38,106 bases of DNA from an uncultured Anaerolineae bacterium (GCA_964637665.1 CAZWUX010000004.1:3080-41185), one strand, 5' to 3'. Counted from the stretch's first letter, positions 15,162-24,020 are shown. Numbers and translations: made by a program. Notes: a model not told the origin generated them from the letters alone.

Positions 15162-16226
15162 ATGCCACTCGTCGAACATACCCATCTACCGGCATTCGGA
15201 CGCCTGCGCCAGCGCGGTCAGGAGGTGCTGACGCTCGAACGCGCATTGACGCAGGATATCCGCGAGCTACACATCGGGTTCCTCAACATGATGCCCGACG
15301 CGGCGCTCCGCGCCACCGAGGAGCAGTTCATGCGGCTGGTGGGCAACTCGAACCAGATCGCCCAATTCTACGTCCACCCTTTCTCCATCGACGGCGTGCC
15401 GCGCGGCGCGGAAGCGCAGGCATACATCGACCAGTACTACACCACGTTCGATCAGCTTCGCGCGGACGGGCTGGACGCCCTGATCATCACCGGGGCCAAC
15501 GTGACGAACCCCGATCTGGAGAACGAGGATTTCTGGGGGCCGCTGACGGAGGTGATGGAGTGGGCGTCCGAGTACGTCACCTCCGTGCTGTGTTCGTGCC
15601 TCGCCACGCACATTCTCATGCAGTGTTTTTACGGCATCAAGCGGCGGCATCTCCCCCAGAAACGCTGGGGGGTGTTCAACCATCGCCTCGCCTATCCGGG
15701 CCATCCCCTGCTGCGCGATGTCAACACCCGCTTCGACGTGCCCCACTCGCGCCACAACGAGATCACCCGCGAACAGCTTGACGAGGCAGGCCTGACCGTG
15801 CTCATCGACAGCCCGGAGGCCGGAGTCCACATGGCCGTCAGCCCCGACCAGTTCCGGCGCGTGTTCTTTCAGGGCCACCCGGAGTACGACATCAACAGCC
15901 TGCTCAAGGAGTACAAACGGGAGGTGCGGCGCTACCTGAACGGCGAGCGCGGCTGTCCGCCATACCCCGCCAACTACTTCTCGCCGGAGGCGCAGGCCAT
16001 CGCCGGTGACTACATCGAGCGCGCGCTCCGCACCCGCCACAACGGCACCAAGCCGCCGCCGTTCCCTGAGGGGGACATCCTCCCCCATGTCGATAACACG
16101 TGGGGCGACACGAGCAAGGCGGTGTTCAACAACTGGCTGGGGCTGGTCTACCAGCTAACACACGTCGACCGCCACGTTCTGTTCATCGAGGGCGTCGATC
16201 CCGACAATCCGCTGGGGCTGCTCTGA
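15162..16226 (+). CDS. metA: homoserine O-acyltransferase (MetA/HTS family; probably O-acetyl given the MetY partner)
   Basis: 354 aa, collinear with E. coli MetA as I recall it: IGFLNMMP, ALIITGA, WASEYVTS, VPHSRHNE, GHPEYD, NWL..VYQ. Confidence 0.9.
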   Translation: MPLVEHTHLPAFGRLRQRGQEVLTLERALTQDIRELHIGFLNMMPDAALRATEEQFMRLVGNSNQIAQFYVHPFSIDGVPRGAEAQAYIDQYYTTFDQLRADGLDALIITGANVTNPDLENEDFWGPLTEVMEWASEYVTSVLCSCLATHILMQCFYGIKRRHLPQKRWGVFNHRLAYPGHPLLRDVNTRFDVPHSRHNEITREQLDEAGLTVLIDSPEAGVHMAVSPDQFRRVFFQGHPEYDINSLLKEYKREVRRYLNGERGCPPYPANYFSPEAQAIAGDYIERALRTRHNGTKPPPFPEGDILPHVDNTWGDTSKAVFNNWLGLVYQLTHVDRHVLFIEGVDPDNPLGLL

Positions 16227-16341
16227 TCGAGGGGGAGGTTGAGAAACGCTGGGCGTTTCTCACGCGCAGCGAGGCAGAGGGGATTTTCGCACGAAATCAA
16301 CGCACTTTTTCGCAAAACACATAGCCATTCGAGGAGACATA

Positions 16342-17613
16342 ATGAAGCCGGAAACCATCGCCATACACGGCGGCTACGAAAGCGACCCCACCACGAAGGC
16401 CGTCGCCGTGCCCATCTACCAGACCGTCGCCTACGAGTTCGACAACGCCCAGCACGGGGCCGATCTGTTCAATCTGGCCGTGCCGGGCAACATCTACACG
16501 CGCATCATGAACCCCACCAACGACGTGCTGGAGAAGCGCGTCGCCGCACTGGAGGGCGGCGTGGGAGCGCTGGCCCTCAGCGCGGGCAGCGCGGCGGTGA
16601 ACTACTCCGTGCTCAACATCACCGCCGCAGGGAACAACGTCGTGTCCGTGCCGCTGCTCTACGGCGGCAGCTACACGCTGTTCGCCCACATGTTCCCCAA
16701 ACAGGGCATCGAGGTCCGTTTCGGCGAGGACGACAGCCCCGCCGCGCTCGAATCCCTGATCGACGATAAGACGACGGCGGTTTTCTGCGAGTCGATCGGC
16801 AACCCCGCCGGGAACATCCCCGATCTCGAAGCCATCGCCGAGATGGCCCACGCGCACGGCGTCCCCGTCATCGTGGATAACACCGTCGCGACCCCCATCC
16901 TGATCCGCCCCTTCGACTACGGCGCGGATATCGTCGTGCACTCCCTCACCAAGTACATGGGCGGCCACGGCAATTCCCTGGGCGGCATCATCGTCGATTC
17001 GGGACAATTCCCCTGGGCCGAGCACGCCGAGCGCTTCCCCATGCTCAACGAGCCGGAGCCGTCCTATCACGGCGTCGTCTACACCGAGGCGATGGGCGAG
17101 GCGGCCTACATCGCCCGCGCCCGCACCGTCCCGCTGCGCAACACGGGGTCGGCCCTCAGCCCGTTCAACACCTTTTTGATTTTGCAGGGCATCGAGACGC
17201 TCCCCCTGCGCATGGAGCGCCACTGCGACAACGCCGCCGCCGTCGCGGGTTATCTCAGCCAGCACCCGAAGGTCAACTGGGTGAGCTACGCCGGGCTGCC
17301 CGACTCGCCCTACTACGATCTGGCCCAGAAGTATACGAACGGCAGACCATCCGCCCTGCTGTCTTTCGGCGTCGAGGGCGGGTTCGACGCCGGGGTGAAG
17401 GTCTACGACGCGCTCAAAATCTTCAAGCGGCTGGTCAACATCGGCGACGCGAAGTCGCTGGCCGCCCATCCCGCCTCCACCACGCACCGCCAGCTTTCGG
17501 CGGAGGAGCTTGCGGCGGCGGGCGTCACCGACGACATGATCCGCTTATGCGTCGGCATCGAGAACATCGACGATATTATTGGCGATCTGGATCAGGCCCT
17601 CGCCCTCGTCTGA
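16342..17613 (+). CDS. metY: O-acetylhomoserine sulfhydrylase / aminocarboxypropyltransferase (PLP-dependent)
   Basis: 423 aa. Motifs: PIYQT.AY.F, YTRIMNPTNDVLEKRVAALEGG, the PLP-lysine motif SLTKYMGGHG, and LVNIGDAKSLA.HPASTTH. Confidence 0.9.
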   Translation: MKPETIAIHGGYESDPTTKAVAVPIYQTVAYEFDNAQHGADLFNLAVPGNIYTRIMNPTNDVLEKRVAALEGGVGALALSAGSAAVNYSVLNITAAGNNVVSVPLLYGGSYTLFAHMFPKQGIEVRFGEDDSPAALESLIDDKTTAVFCESIGNPAGNIPDLEAIAEMAHAHGVPVIVDNTVATPILIRPFDYGADIVVHSLTKYMGGHGNSLGGIIVDSGQFPWAEHAERFPMLNEPEPSYHGVVYTEAMGEAAYIARARTVPLRNTGSALSPFNTFLILQGIETLPLRMERHCDNAAAVAGYLSQHPKVNWVSYAGLPDSPYYDLAQKYTNGRPSALLSFGVEGGFDAGVKVYDALKIFKRLVNIGDAKSLAAHPASTTHRQLSAEELAAAGVTDDMIRLCVGIENIDDIIGDLDQALALV

Positions 17614-17658
17614 GCATTCCCCGATCCGTCGTCGCCGTGTCGTTTCCGGCGTTATAAC

Positions 17659-17696
17659 CTGCGCCATCCCCGGCTCATTGGCCGGGGATGGCGCAG
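17659..17696 (+). terminator. GC-rich 16-bp hairpin after metY (no U-tract)
   Basis: CUGCGCCAUCCCCGGC-ucauug-GCCGGGGAUGGCGCAG, 46 nt after the metY stop. It lacks a U-run, so its role as a terminator is uncertain. Confidence 0.45.
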
Positions 17697-17721
17697 GCGA
17701 CCCGCCGGAGTCACGCGCGCG

Positions 17722-17752
17722 AAAAACCCCACCGGTCGTCAATCCGGTGGGG
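17722..17752 (-). terminator. intrinsic terminator for the minus-strand small ORF (and possibly the LuxR transcript)
   Basis: Reverse strand: CCCCACCGG-auugacga-CCGGUGGGG followed by UUUUUC, 27 nt after the stop at 17779. Confidence 0.6.
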
Positions 17753-17778
17753 TGATGTGTTTCCCGTCGGGGGCCGGT

Positions 17779-18015
17779 CTATCGCCACGATCGGGTCTGG
17801 TGGTCCGGGCACGATACGAGGATCATGTGCGGCCCGACCATCGTCGGGCGCAGCACGCGGGCATCCTCCCGGCAGGGGCCGGTCGCCGCTGCGGGTTCGA
17901 CCCGCGCCCGGCCCATTTCCATCGCCGCCGCCCGCCCGCTTCCCTCAGCGCATCCTGCTTCGACATCCCGCGCCGGGCCAAACAGCCAGCCTGTCCGCTT
18001 GAGTGTACCTAACAT
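17779..18015 (-). CDS. hypothetical 78-aa protein downstream of the LuxR regulator
   Basis: ATG 18015 is preceded by SD GGAGG at a 10-nt spacing, and a terminator lies 27 nt after the stop. The product is MLGTLKRTGWLFGPARDVEAGCAEGSGRAAAMEMGRARVEPAAATGPCREDARVLRPTMVGPHMILVSCPDHQTRSWR. The A/G/R-rich composition is also what a non-coding high-GC frame would give. Confidence 0.4.
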   Translation of the reverse strand: MLGTLKRTGWLFGPARDVEAGCAEGSGRAAAMEMGRARVEPAAATGPCREDARVLRPTMVGPHMILVSCPDHQTRSWR

Positions 18016-18134
18016 CTCGTTTTTCCCTCCTGCCAGTAAGTGTGTCAATCTGGCCTGATCATACGGCACGGAGGGGGTAGTTGAGATCACCCAGAAGAGG
18101 TAGATCGCCCCTGCGAAGGGGGTATTTTTTCTGC

Positions 18135-20744
18135 TTAGATCAGATGGATTTCGGCGGCTTTCGTCACCGCCTGCGTGCGGTTGCTCACCGCTAATTTCTG
18201 GTAAATGTTCCGCGTGTGCACCTTGACCGTGCCCACCGCCAGCACGAGCTGATCCGCGATCTCCCGGTTCGTCATGCCCGCCGCAAGTAAGCCAAGCACC
18301 TCCATCTCACGCTCGGTGAGCGGCTCCGGCAGCGCTTGGTTGGCCTGTTCCTGAACGTCCCCCGGCTGCACATCCACGATCGCTTCGATGGTCGCCACCG
18401 CGTCGAGTGCCGACCCGCGCTCCCACGCCCTGAGATACGCTGCCTCGCCCAGCCGCCGTTCGAGGTCGGCCTGCACGCATTCCAGGTGCGCCCAGCGGTC
18501 CAGCCAGCCCGTGCCGTAATCCGGCAGCCGCCGGATGAGGGCCAGCAGTTCCGCCGCCCCCTCCAGATCGCCTTCCTCATAGCGCACCACCGCCTCCAGC
18601 GCCAGCACCATCGATCCACCCGTCGGATCGTCATACGCCTTCCAGAACAACTCTGTGTACCCGCCCCGCACCATCTCGAAGTCGCCCAGCCCGCAGGCCG
18701 CGAACGACAGCCCGGCCCGTGTGAAGGGGTCGACGTACGAGTGGAACGCCCGCTCCCCGACCGCCTGTGACTCCCGCGCGAGGTCCATCCCGGTTTCGTA
18801 GTCCTCTTCCAGCAGACAGGCCAGCGTCGCCAGCAGGCCCAGCGCGCTGAGCTCGCCCTCCGGGTTATCGACGCTGCGCGACAGCCGAAGCACCTCCTGC
18901 GCGGTCTCCCGCGCCTCTTCTAAATCCCCCCGGCTCAGCCCGACCCGCCCCAGCGTCGTCAGGCTGCTGATGATGCCCTTGATGCTCCGGTATTCCCGCA
19001 GCAGGGCCGCCGCCTGCTGGATGGTGCTCACCGATTCGGGGTAGCGCCTCAGGTCGTAGTAGGCGTGCCCCAGGCTGTGCATCGCCCATGCCGCGCCGTG
19101 CCGGTCGCCCATCTCATGCCGGATGTCCAGCGCCTCCAGCTGGTGGGCCAGCCCTTCCTCGGATCGCCCCAGATTCATCTCGGCCATGCCCAGCCACGTG
19201 AGCGCGTCCGACACGTAAAAGGGAACGTCCAGCGCCCGGAATTTGGCGAGCGCCTCCCGCATCGGCTCGGCGGCCTCCTGCGATATCTGGACCATCAGGT
19301 AATGCGGCTGCTTGTACACGTACATCAAGTCATCGATGCCCAGCAGGTACAGGCAGAACGCCTCGTCGGCGGGCGACTCGTGCTCGCGGGCGACGGCCAG
19401 GCATGTGTTTAGCTCGGCCCGCAGGTCGCTCTCGTGCTCCAACCCGCCGAACAGGATCATGCGGATGATCTGCGCCGTGACCCGGCTCACGAACAGCGGC
19501 GAGCCGCCGGTCTCCAGCGCCATCCGCAGCAGCTTCACGCCGAACGGGTACTGCGTCCGCATGTCGCAGTACAGGCTCAGGTTTTCCCACGCGTTCTCGA
19601 TGGCCTCATAATCCCGCCGTTCGACCGCCCGCTCCCACGCCCGGCGGATGTTCCCGATGTCCCCTTCGATCCGGTCGAGCGCGGCCAACTGCTCGGCGGA
19701 TTTCAGCGGAGCGTCGCGCAGCATCGCCATGAAATAGGCCATGTGCCGGTCGCGTAGATCGGAGCCCGCACCCTCGACGTACTGCCGCAGCAGTTCGTGG
19801 ATCGTGTACCGCCCGTCCGCGTTCAGGTGCAGCAGCGACTTATTCACCAGCAGCGCGAGCGTCTGGAACGACGCCCCCGCGACGGCGTCCGCCGCCTCCC
19901 GCGTGAACCCGCCGCAGAACACCGTCAGCCGCCGGAAAACGTCCTGCTCCTCCTCCGTGAGCAGTTGCAGGGAGTGGTCGAAGACGATCCGCATACTGCG
20001 ATGCCGCTGCGCGACGTTCCGCCGGGTCGAGGTCAGGATGTCGATGTTCCGGCGAATCTCCCGCGCGATATCCGCCGGGGTCAGCGCGTTGACCCACCCC
20101 GCCGAAAGCTCGATCGCCAGCGGCATCCCCTCCACCAACCGGCAAATCTCGACCACGCTCGCCAGGTCGAGCGTGTCAGGCCGCCGGACCTGCCCCGCCC
20201 GGTCGAGGAACAACTGCACGGCGCTGGTTCCCTCCGGGTGGTCGTCCGCCTCCGGCAGCGCCATCCCCTCGATGCGCCGCACCCATTCCTCCTGCAAATT
20301 CAGCGCCTCGCGGGAGGTGACGAGCAGCTTGACGCCCGGCGCGCGGCCCACCATCTCGCTCAGCAGCGGGGCGCGATCGAGCAGGTGCTCGAAGTTGTCG
20401 AGCACGAGCAGCAGATTTTTCGTCTCAAGGTAGTTGAGGAACGCCTGCCGGGGGTCGTACGGCTCCTGCTGGGACTCGAACGGCGTCGCGTCGATCATCG
20501 CCCCGACGATGTCGTCTGCCGGCCCCAGCGTCGTCAGCGGCGCGAAGTAAACGCCGTCCGGGAAGTGGTCTATCACCCGGTTCGCCACCTCGATGCTGAG
20601 GCGCGTCTTGCCGACCCCGCCCGGCCCCACGAGCGTCAGCAGGCGGCAGTCGGGATCGGTCAGCAGGTCGATGATCTCGTCGATCTCGTCATCCCGCCCG
20701 ATGAACGAGGTCTGGGGGGCAGGGATGTTGAGCATCGCTTCCAT
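18135..20744 (-). CDS. LAL-type (large ATP-binding LuxR family) transcriptional regulator: NB-ARC/AAA P-loop + TPR-like repeats + C-terminal LuxR/GerE HTH
   Basis: P-loop [13 protein letters not shown], Walker [10 protein letters not shown], and a long helical-repeat middle region. The C-terminus is [45 protein letters not shown]. Start set at ATG 20744 (MEAMLNIP...) with SD GGGGGAGG 7 nt upstream. Confidence 0.85.
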   Translation of the reverse strand: MEAMLNIPAPQTSFIGRDDEIDEIIDLLTDPDCRLLTLVGPGGVGKTRLSIEVANRVIDHFPDGVYFAPLTTLGPADDIVGAMIDATPFESQQEPYDPRQAFLNYLETKNLLLVLDNFEHLLDRAPLLSEMVGRAPGVKLLVTSREALNLQEEWVRRIEGMALPEADDHPEGTSAVQLFLDRAGQVRRPDTLDLASVVEICRLVEGMPLAIELSAGWVNALTPADIAREIRRNIDILTSTRRNVAQRHRSMRIVFDHSLQLLTEEEQDVFRRLTVFCGGFTREAADAVAGASFQTLALLVNKSLLHLNADGRYTIHELLRQYVEGAGSDLRDRHMAYFMAMLRDAPLKSAEQLAALDRIEGDIGNIRRAWERAVERRDYEAIENAWENLSLYCDMRTQYPFGVKLLRMALETGGSPLFVSRVTAQIIRMILFGGLEHESDLRAELNTCLAVAREHESPADEAFCLYLLGIDDLMYVYKQPHYLMVQISQEAAEPMREALAKFRALDVPFYVSDALTWLGMAEMNLGRSEEGLAHQLEALDIRHEMGDRHGAAWAMHSLGHAYYDLRRYPESVSTIQQAAALLREYRSIKGIISSLTTLGRVGLSRGDLEEARETAQEVLRLSRSVDNPEGELSALGLLATLACLLEEDYETGMDLARESQAVGERAFHSYVDPFTRAGLSFAACGLGDFEMVRGGYTELFWKAYDDPTGGSMVLALEAVVRYEEGDLEGAAELLALIRRLPDYGTGWLDRWAHLECVQADLERRLGEAAYLRAWERGSALDAVATIEAIVDVQPGDVQEQANQALPEPLTEREMEVLGLLAAGMTNREIADQLVLAVGTVKVHTRNIYQKLAVSNRTQAVTKAAEIHLI

Positions 20745-20764
20745 CAGGAACCTCCCCCTGTGCG

Positions 20765-20797
20765 GCAAACACAGTTTGCGGCAAACACATCGTTTGC
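20765..20797. repeat. two tandem palindromes GCAAAC-N3/5-GTTTGC in the LuxR gene leader
   Basis: GCAAACacaGTTTGC (20765-79) and GCAAACacatcGTTTGC (20781-97). They lie between a TATAAT box (20837-42, minus strand) and the SD/ATG of the regulator gene. Confidence 0.8.
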
Positions 20798-20836
20798 ATA
20801 CCACAGCAATCGCGGCCAATCAGGACGACCATGCCG

Positions 20837-20842
20837 ATTATA
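20837..20842 (-). promoter_or_regulatory. -10 box (TATAAT) of the putative LuxR-gene promoter
   Basis: The reverse strand reads GGTTGGGTATAATCGG. The -35 is weak (TGTTCT at 17 nt). Confidence 0.4.
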
Positions 20843-21136
20843 CCCAACCGGGTGCGTCTAGAACATAGGGGCGAAAACCTGCCCCCGATGGGGAAACAGA
20901 GCCGCCCGCCGCGTTCCGGGAGCGTCTACCCGGCGCGTCGTGCTACTTCTTTTAGGTCTTTTTTACGTTTCACATTCGCTTTTTATAGGGATGAAGGTTT
21001 ACGCTGAATAATGAATGGCAAACCGCTCTGCGGATTTGCTTAACGGGTTGGAGTGTTTTTCCCGCGAGCGCTGGCTCACCCGATTACTGGTATGAGGGTC
21101 CCTGCGGGGGTTCTCAACTAAGGAGGCAACATTACA

Positions 21137-22336
21137 ATGCGTGGAGGCTTGAGCTTAGGCCGCATTTTTGGTATCGAAATTCGCATCGACTGGAGCTGGC
21201 TGCTGATCTTCCTGCTCGTGACGTGGAACCTCGCGTCGCTGTTCGGGCAGACACACTCCGACTGGTCGACCGGCCAATCGCTGCTGCTCGCCGTCGTGGC
21301 GGCGATCCTGTTCTTTGGGTCGGTGCTCGCCCACGAGCTGGCCCACTCCCTCGTCGCGCAGGCACGCGGCGTGCCCGTGCGCAGCATTACGTTATTCCTG
21401 TTCGGCGGCGTGTCCAACATCCAGCGCGATCCCGACTCGCCCGCCGCCGAGTTCCTGATCACCATCGTGGGGCCGGTCATGAGCCTCGTCATCGGCGTGG
21501 TGCTGCTGCTTGCGGCGGGCGTCGGCCTCGGAACCACCTCGCAGGCCATCAGCGACCCAACAACCATCATCCAGCAGTCCGGCCCGCTCACCACGATGGC
21601 GCTCTGGCTGGGGTCGGTTAACCTCATGCTGGGGGTCTTCAACCTGATCCCCGGCTTCCCGCTCGACGGCGGGCGCGTGCTGCGCTCGATCCTGTGGGCC
21701 GCCACCGGCAGCGTGCGGAAGGCGACGCGCTGGGCTTCGTACGTGGGGCAGGCCATCGCGTGGGCCTTCATCATCATCGGCGTCTCGATGATCTTCGGCG
21801 TGTCGATCCCCTTCTTCGGGCAGGGCTTCATCAACGGCCTGTGGCTGGCCTTCATCGGCTGGTTCCTGAACAGCGCCTCGATCCAGAGCTACCAGAACGT
21901 CGTCATTCAGGACGTGCTGGAACACGTCCCCGTCGAGCGCATGATGCGCACCGACCCGCCCACCGTGCCCCCCGACATCACCGTGAGCACCTTCGTCCAC
22001 GATCACCTGATGGGGTCGGACGAGCAGTCGTTCCCCGTCATGGCAGCGGATGGCGCGATGCGCGGCATCGTCACGCTGGACGATGTGCGCCGCCTGCCCC
22101 GCGACCGCTGGGACGACACCCCCGTGATGGACATCATGACGCCCGCCAGCGAGCTTCTGACGGTACCGACGGATGAGGACGCCGCCGATGCATTCAACAA
22201 GCTGATGGAGCGCGACGTGCGCCAGCTTCCCGTGATGCGTGATGGCAAGCTCGCCGGGATGCTCCGCCGCCGCGACATCGTCCGCTGGCTCCAGTTCCAC
22301 TCTGACGTGGAGGCAGGCCGCGCGATGCCCGTCTGA
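21137..22336 (+). CDS. site-2 protease family (peptidase M50) membrane metalloprotease with C-terminal CBS pair
   Basis: HELAH zinc motif in TM3, a second M50 motif NLIPGFPLDGGR, and two CBS-like repeats (residues about 280-399). Strong SD AAGGAGG. Confidence 0.85.
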   Translation: MRGGLSLGRIFGIEIRIDWSWLLIFLLVTWNLASLFGQTHSDWSTGQSLLLAVVAAILFFGSVLAHELAHSLVAQARGVPVRSITLFLFGGVSNIQRDPDSPAAEFLITIVGPVMSLVIGVVLLLAAGVGLGTTSQAISDPTTIIQQSGPLTTMALWLGSVNLMLGVFNLIPGFPLDGGRVLRSILWAATGSVRKATRWASYVGQAIAWAFIIIGVSMIFGVSIPFFGQGFINGLWLAFIGWFLNSASIQSYQNVVIQDVLEHVPVERMMRTDPPTVPPDITVSTFVHDHLMGSDEQSFPVMAADGAMRGIVTLDDVRRLPRDRWDDTPVMDIMTPASELLTVPTDEDAADAFNKLMERDVRQLPVMRDGKLAGMLRRRDIVRWLQFHSDVEAGRAMPV

Positions 22337-22350
22337 GGCGACCTGGCTAT

Positions 22351-23139
22351 CTACGACTCCGGCTGGCAGGACGGGCAGTAATAGCCCGTCCGCCCGCTCA
22401 CGTCGATCTGTTCGATTTTTCCCCCGCAGCGCGGGCACTCTGCCCCTTGCTCGCGGTGCGGGATGAGCCAGTCCGCCGGGAACTGATCCGGCTCGGCGTG
22501 GCAGTCGATGGCCGTGTTGAGCACGTCGCACATGGCATGGTAGATCGCCCGAAGCTCGCCGTCGTCGAGGTCGGCGAGCTTCGTCCGGGGCCATATTCCG
22601 GCCTGGAATAAAATCTCGTCCGTGTACACGTTGCCCAGACCGGCTATCACGGTCTGGTCCATCAGCGCCGATTTGATCATCCCCCGCCTATCGTCCAGAC
22701 GCTTTTTGAAGCCCTCGACATCCAGCGACAGCGCGTCCGGGCCGAGGCCCTTGCCCGCCACGAACGCATCCACATCGTCGATCAGGCGCACCGCGCCCAG
22801 CTTGCGCGGGATGTCGTAGGCGAGATGGTAGCCGTTCTCGAACGCGATCAGCAGGTAGTCGTACTCCGGCTCCTTCGCCATGTCCTTGAAGTAGACCGGG
22901 CGGCCCGTCATGCCGAAGTGCATGACCAGGCAGCCGCCCTCCGACAGCGCGATGAACAGGTATTTCCCCCACCGCTCCGTCGACTCGAACTGGTTTCCGG
23001 TCAGCCCGTCCTTCAGCGTGTCGACCGCCGTTCCCTTCACGATGCGCTTAGCCCGCACGGTCACGTCCGCGATGGTCTGGTGCAGTGACGTGGCGTCGAT
23101 GTACTGCTTAAACACCGCTACGTCGGGCAGCTCTGGCAT
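22351..23139 (-). CDS. Fpg/Nei-family DNA glycosylase/AP lyase
   Basis: The N-terminus MPELPDV carries the catalytic Pro2/Glu3. H2TH region ALMDQTVIAGLGNVYTDEILF. C-terminal zinc finger CPRCGG...YYCPSC. Confidence 0.85.
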   Translation of the reverse strand: MPELPDVAVFKQYIDATSLHQTIADVTVRAKRIVKGTAVDTLKDGLTGNQFESTERWGKYLFIALSEGGCLVMHFGMTGRPVYFKDMAKEPEYDYLLIAFENGYHLAYDIPRKLGAVRLIDDVDAFVAGKGLGPDALSLDVEGFKKRLDDRRGMIKSALMDQTVIAGLGNVYTDEILFQAGIWPRTKLADLDDGELRAIYHAMCDVLNTAIDCHAEPDQFPADWLIPHREQGAECPRCGGKIEQIDVSGRTGYYCPSCQPES

Positions 23140-23438
23140 GGGATGTCCTTTCCTCGCTCAACTGTGCAGCACGGCAAAGTCACGCCGGTTTTTCCACAAA
23201 AAGAACCGCCAACCCGGTGATGCGTCTGCAAGTCCGGAAACTGTGGTGATGTGAACCCGCCCGCCGGGCAGCCCGCCCACCTGAAGCCCATTTTTCACAC
23301 ATCCCTTCTGGTCCGCACCCGGACGTTCCCCCCATTCTTTCATCACCATAAACCCCTGCTGCTAAAAAGTTCACAAGCCATCCTAAATAAACCCTGAAAG
23401 TCGTGCCACCGGCCCCAAAAACTCCCCCTGAAATCCTC

Positions 23439-23466
23439 TTGCATTCTGCTTCAACCTGACTATAAT
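23439..23466 (+). promoter_or_regulatory. strong sigma70-like promoter facing the acidic-peptide gene
   Basis: TTGCAT (23439-44), 16-nt spacer, TATAAT (23461-66), about 330 nt upstream of ATG 23797. Confidence 0.55.
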
Positions 23467-23503
23467 CCGGGCCAATCCGCGCGACCCTGTATCGCGCTGC
23501 AAA

Positions 23504-23555
23504 GCAAACCGACGGTTTGCCGCAAACTTCTGGTTTGCCCAAACCTACGGTTTGG
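23504..23555. repeat. three abutting palindromes (G/C)CAAAC-N5-GTTTG(C/G)
   Basis: GCAAACcgacgGTTTGC (23504-20), GCAAACttctgGTTTGC (23522-38) and CCAAACctacgGTTTGG (23539-55). Centre-to-centre spacing is 17-18 bp. The array starts about 32 nt after the predicted transcription start. Confidence 0.8.
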
Positions 23556-23796
23556 CACTCACTGCCCTGTTGGGCTGCTTTACAGGAGGCAGAAACACAA
23601 ACAACACAGGGAATTAACTGGCGCAACCCTATCAGGAAAACGGTTAACGTAGAAACCGCATCATGGCTCCTGTACATCGCCTGGCGCAGGGGCGGCCAAA
23701 CACAATTTTTCGATATACGCCGAAAACCGGATACCAGCCATATACCTTCCGGTTTTCCCAGGCTCAATAACCATCCATCAAGGGGAGAAAAGCACG

Positions 23797-23982
23797 ATGA
23801 ACGGTTGGCTTGAAGAGGAACTGGTGCTGCGCGCGCCGGGGCCGCAGGAAGACGATGAGGAGTGGGACGACGAAGAATGGGACGACGACTACGAGGACGA
23901 CTGGGATGACGATTACGACGACGACGAGTGGGACGACGACGACGATTGGGATGACGACTACGACGACTGGGACGAGGAATAA
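23797..23982 (+). CDS. 61-aa hyperacidic peptide with nine (W/Y)-(D/E)3-5 repeats
   Basis: MNGWLEEELVLRAPGPQEDDEEWDDEEWDDDYEDDWDDDYDDDEWDDDDDWDDDYDDWDEE. SD AGGGGAG lies about 9 nt upstream. Third-position G/C is high (GAC preferred). The stop is followed by a 10-bp GC hairpin terminator. Confidence 0.55.
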   Translation: MNGWLEEELVLRAPGPQEDDEEWDDEEWDDDYEDDWDDDYDDDEWDDDDDWDDDYDDWDEE

Positions 23983-24020
23983 CCCGTCGTAGGCTTCACC
24001 CCATCACGCTGAGTGAAAAT

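Noticed and set aside
17870-17930. A tRNA- or tmRNA-like T-arm (GCGGGUUCGACCCGC followed by CCGGCCCA).
   Set aside because: The loop is only 5 nt. No acceptor, D or anticodon arms can be built and there is no CCA context. It folds as a simple nested hairpin.
23225-23300. SRP-RNA-like (GUCCGGAA) or ZTP/pfl-like (CCGCCCGCCGGGCA) strings upstream of fpg.
   Set aside because: These are only short fragments. The flanking conserved elements are missing (GGAAGCAGCC for SRP; GACUGGCG and the pseudoknot partner for ZTP).
23180-23767. 195-aa minus-strand ORF filling the Fpg/acidic-peptide intergenic region.
   Set aside because: It has no SD and an odd composition. It spans a plus-strand promoter and the palindrome array, and it would run head-on into the fpg promoter region. 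I treat the region as non-coding.
23810-23992. Alternative Thr-rich reading frame (60 aa) over the GAC-repeat region.
   Set aside because: It has no SD and starts inside the other ORF. The Asp/Trp frame has the better start context and better third-position GC. Which frame is used remains to be confirmed experimentally.
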